DNA from: Camelus ferus
Taxonomy: Eukaryota
Reading direction: 5' to 3'
Assembly (NCBI RefSeq): GCF_009834535.1
Contig: NC_045707.1
Location: forward strand, 50,532,001-50,596,000
DNA: 64,000 nucleotides
Under the pieces are notes generated by a model that was given only the letters and a program-made list of their open reading frames with translations, was not told the origin of the DNA and made no database searches. How positions within the stretch are numbered: position 1 is the first letter of the stretch; each line of letters opens with the position of its first letter. Made by a program: the position numbers and the translations under genes. This document shows positions 63,601-64,000 of this stretch, piece by piece.

Positions 63601-64000
63601 AAATTAATATATGGCTATCCACATATGAGATAATCAGCAGAAACAGTATGTTACCTAAACTTTCTGAGGAGACCAATTATTATCACACTGAGCCAATATT
63701 ATAAAAAATAGGAAACAGTAACATAGATGAGTAAGTAAAGTTGTAGGCTTCCTATGAGGACAATTTAAGGACTTAGTCATTTTTTGTTAAATTATATATT
63801 TTATGTAAAAAATTGATTTGCAGAGACAAATATTGCATATTGACATATATTGCCAAAGTTATGATAAAGATTAAAGAACTAGGAATAGGGACTCTTAATT
63901 CCCTGTTATTTTTGGTGATGCTCATTCTGGAAAGACTTTTCCACACTGAAGCCAATGAAGATTTATTTTTATTGTTGCTATAAAGTTTTACAGCTTTTCG

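Noticed and set aside
1..64000. Most ORFs in the six-frame track as host genes
   Set aside because: They are short, often start at non-ATG codons, overlap repeats or low-complexity DNA, and have no recognisable domains apart from L1 ORF1/ORF2 pieces.

Overview
AT-rich, repeat-dense mammalian DNA. It is very probably camelid (alpaca/llama/camel), because it carries two tRNA-Ala-derived Vic-1-type SINEs and no ruminant Bov-A/BovB-like elements that I can see. I recognise no host protein-coding gene; the window looks intronic or intergenic. Much of it is ancient eutherian repeats (L2, MIR, MaLR MLT1 LTRs, MER5/MER102, L1M), overlaid by younger lineage-specific LINE-1 insertions. The standout feature is a 3.07-kb, TSD-flanked 'half-L1' (HAL1-like) element at 7501-10575. 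It has a complete CpG-rich 5'UTR, a nearly intact ORF1 and part of the inter-ORF spacer, then jumps directly to the last ~120 codons of ORF2, the 3'UTR and the A-tail, at a junction that could be a splice. Other atypical L1 products include a young/ancient chimeric insertion inside a perfect 15-bp TSD, a prematurely tailed 3'UTR copy with nearly the same boundaries, a 24-bp twin-priming inversion and a tail-less ORF2 fragment. A few unique segments carry candidate exons and regulatory motifs, all unverified. Repeat family names come from recalled consensus motifs, not a database search, and boundaries of old repeats are approximate.
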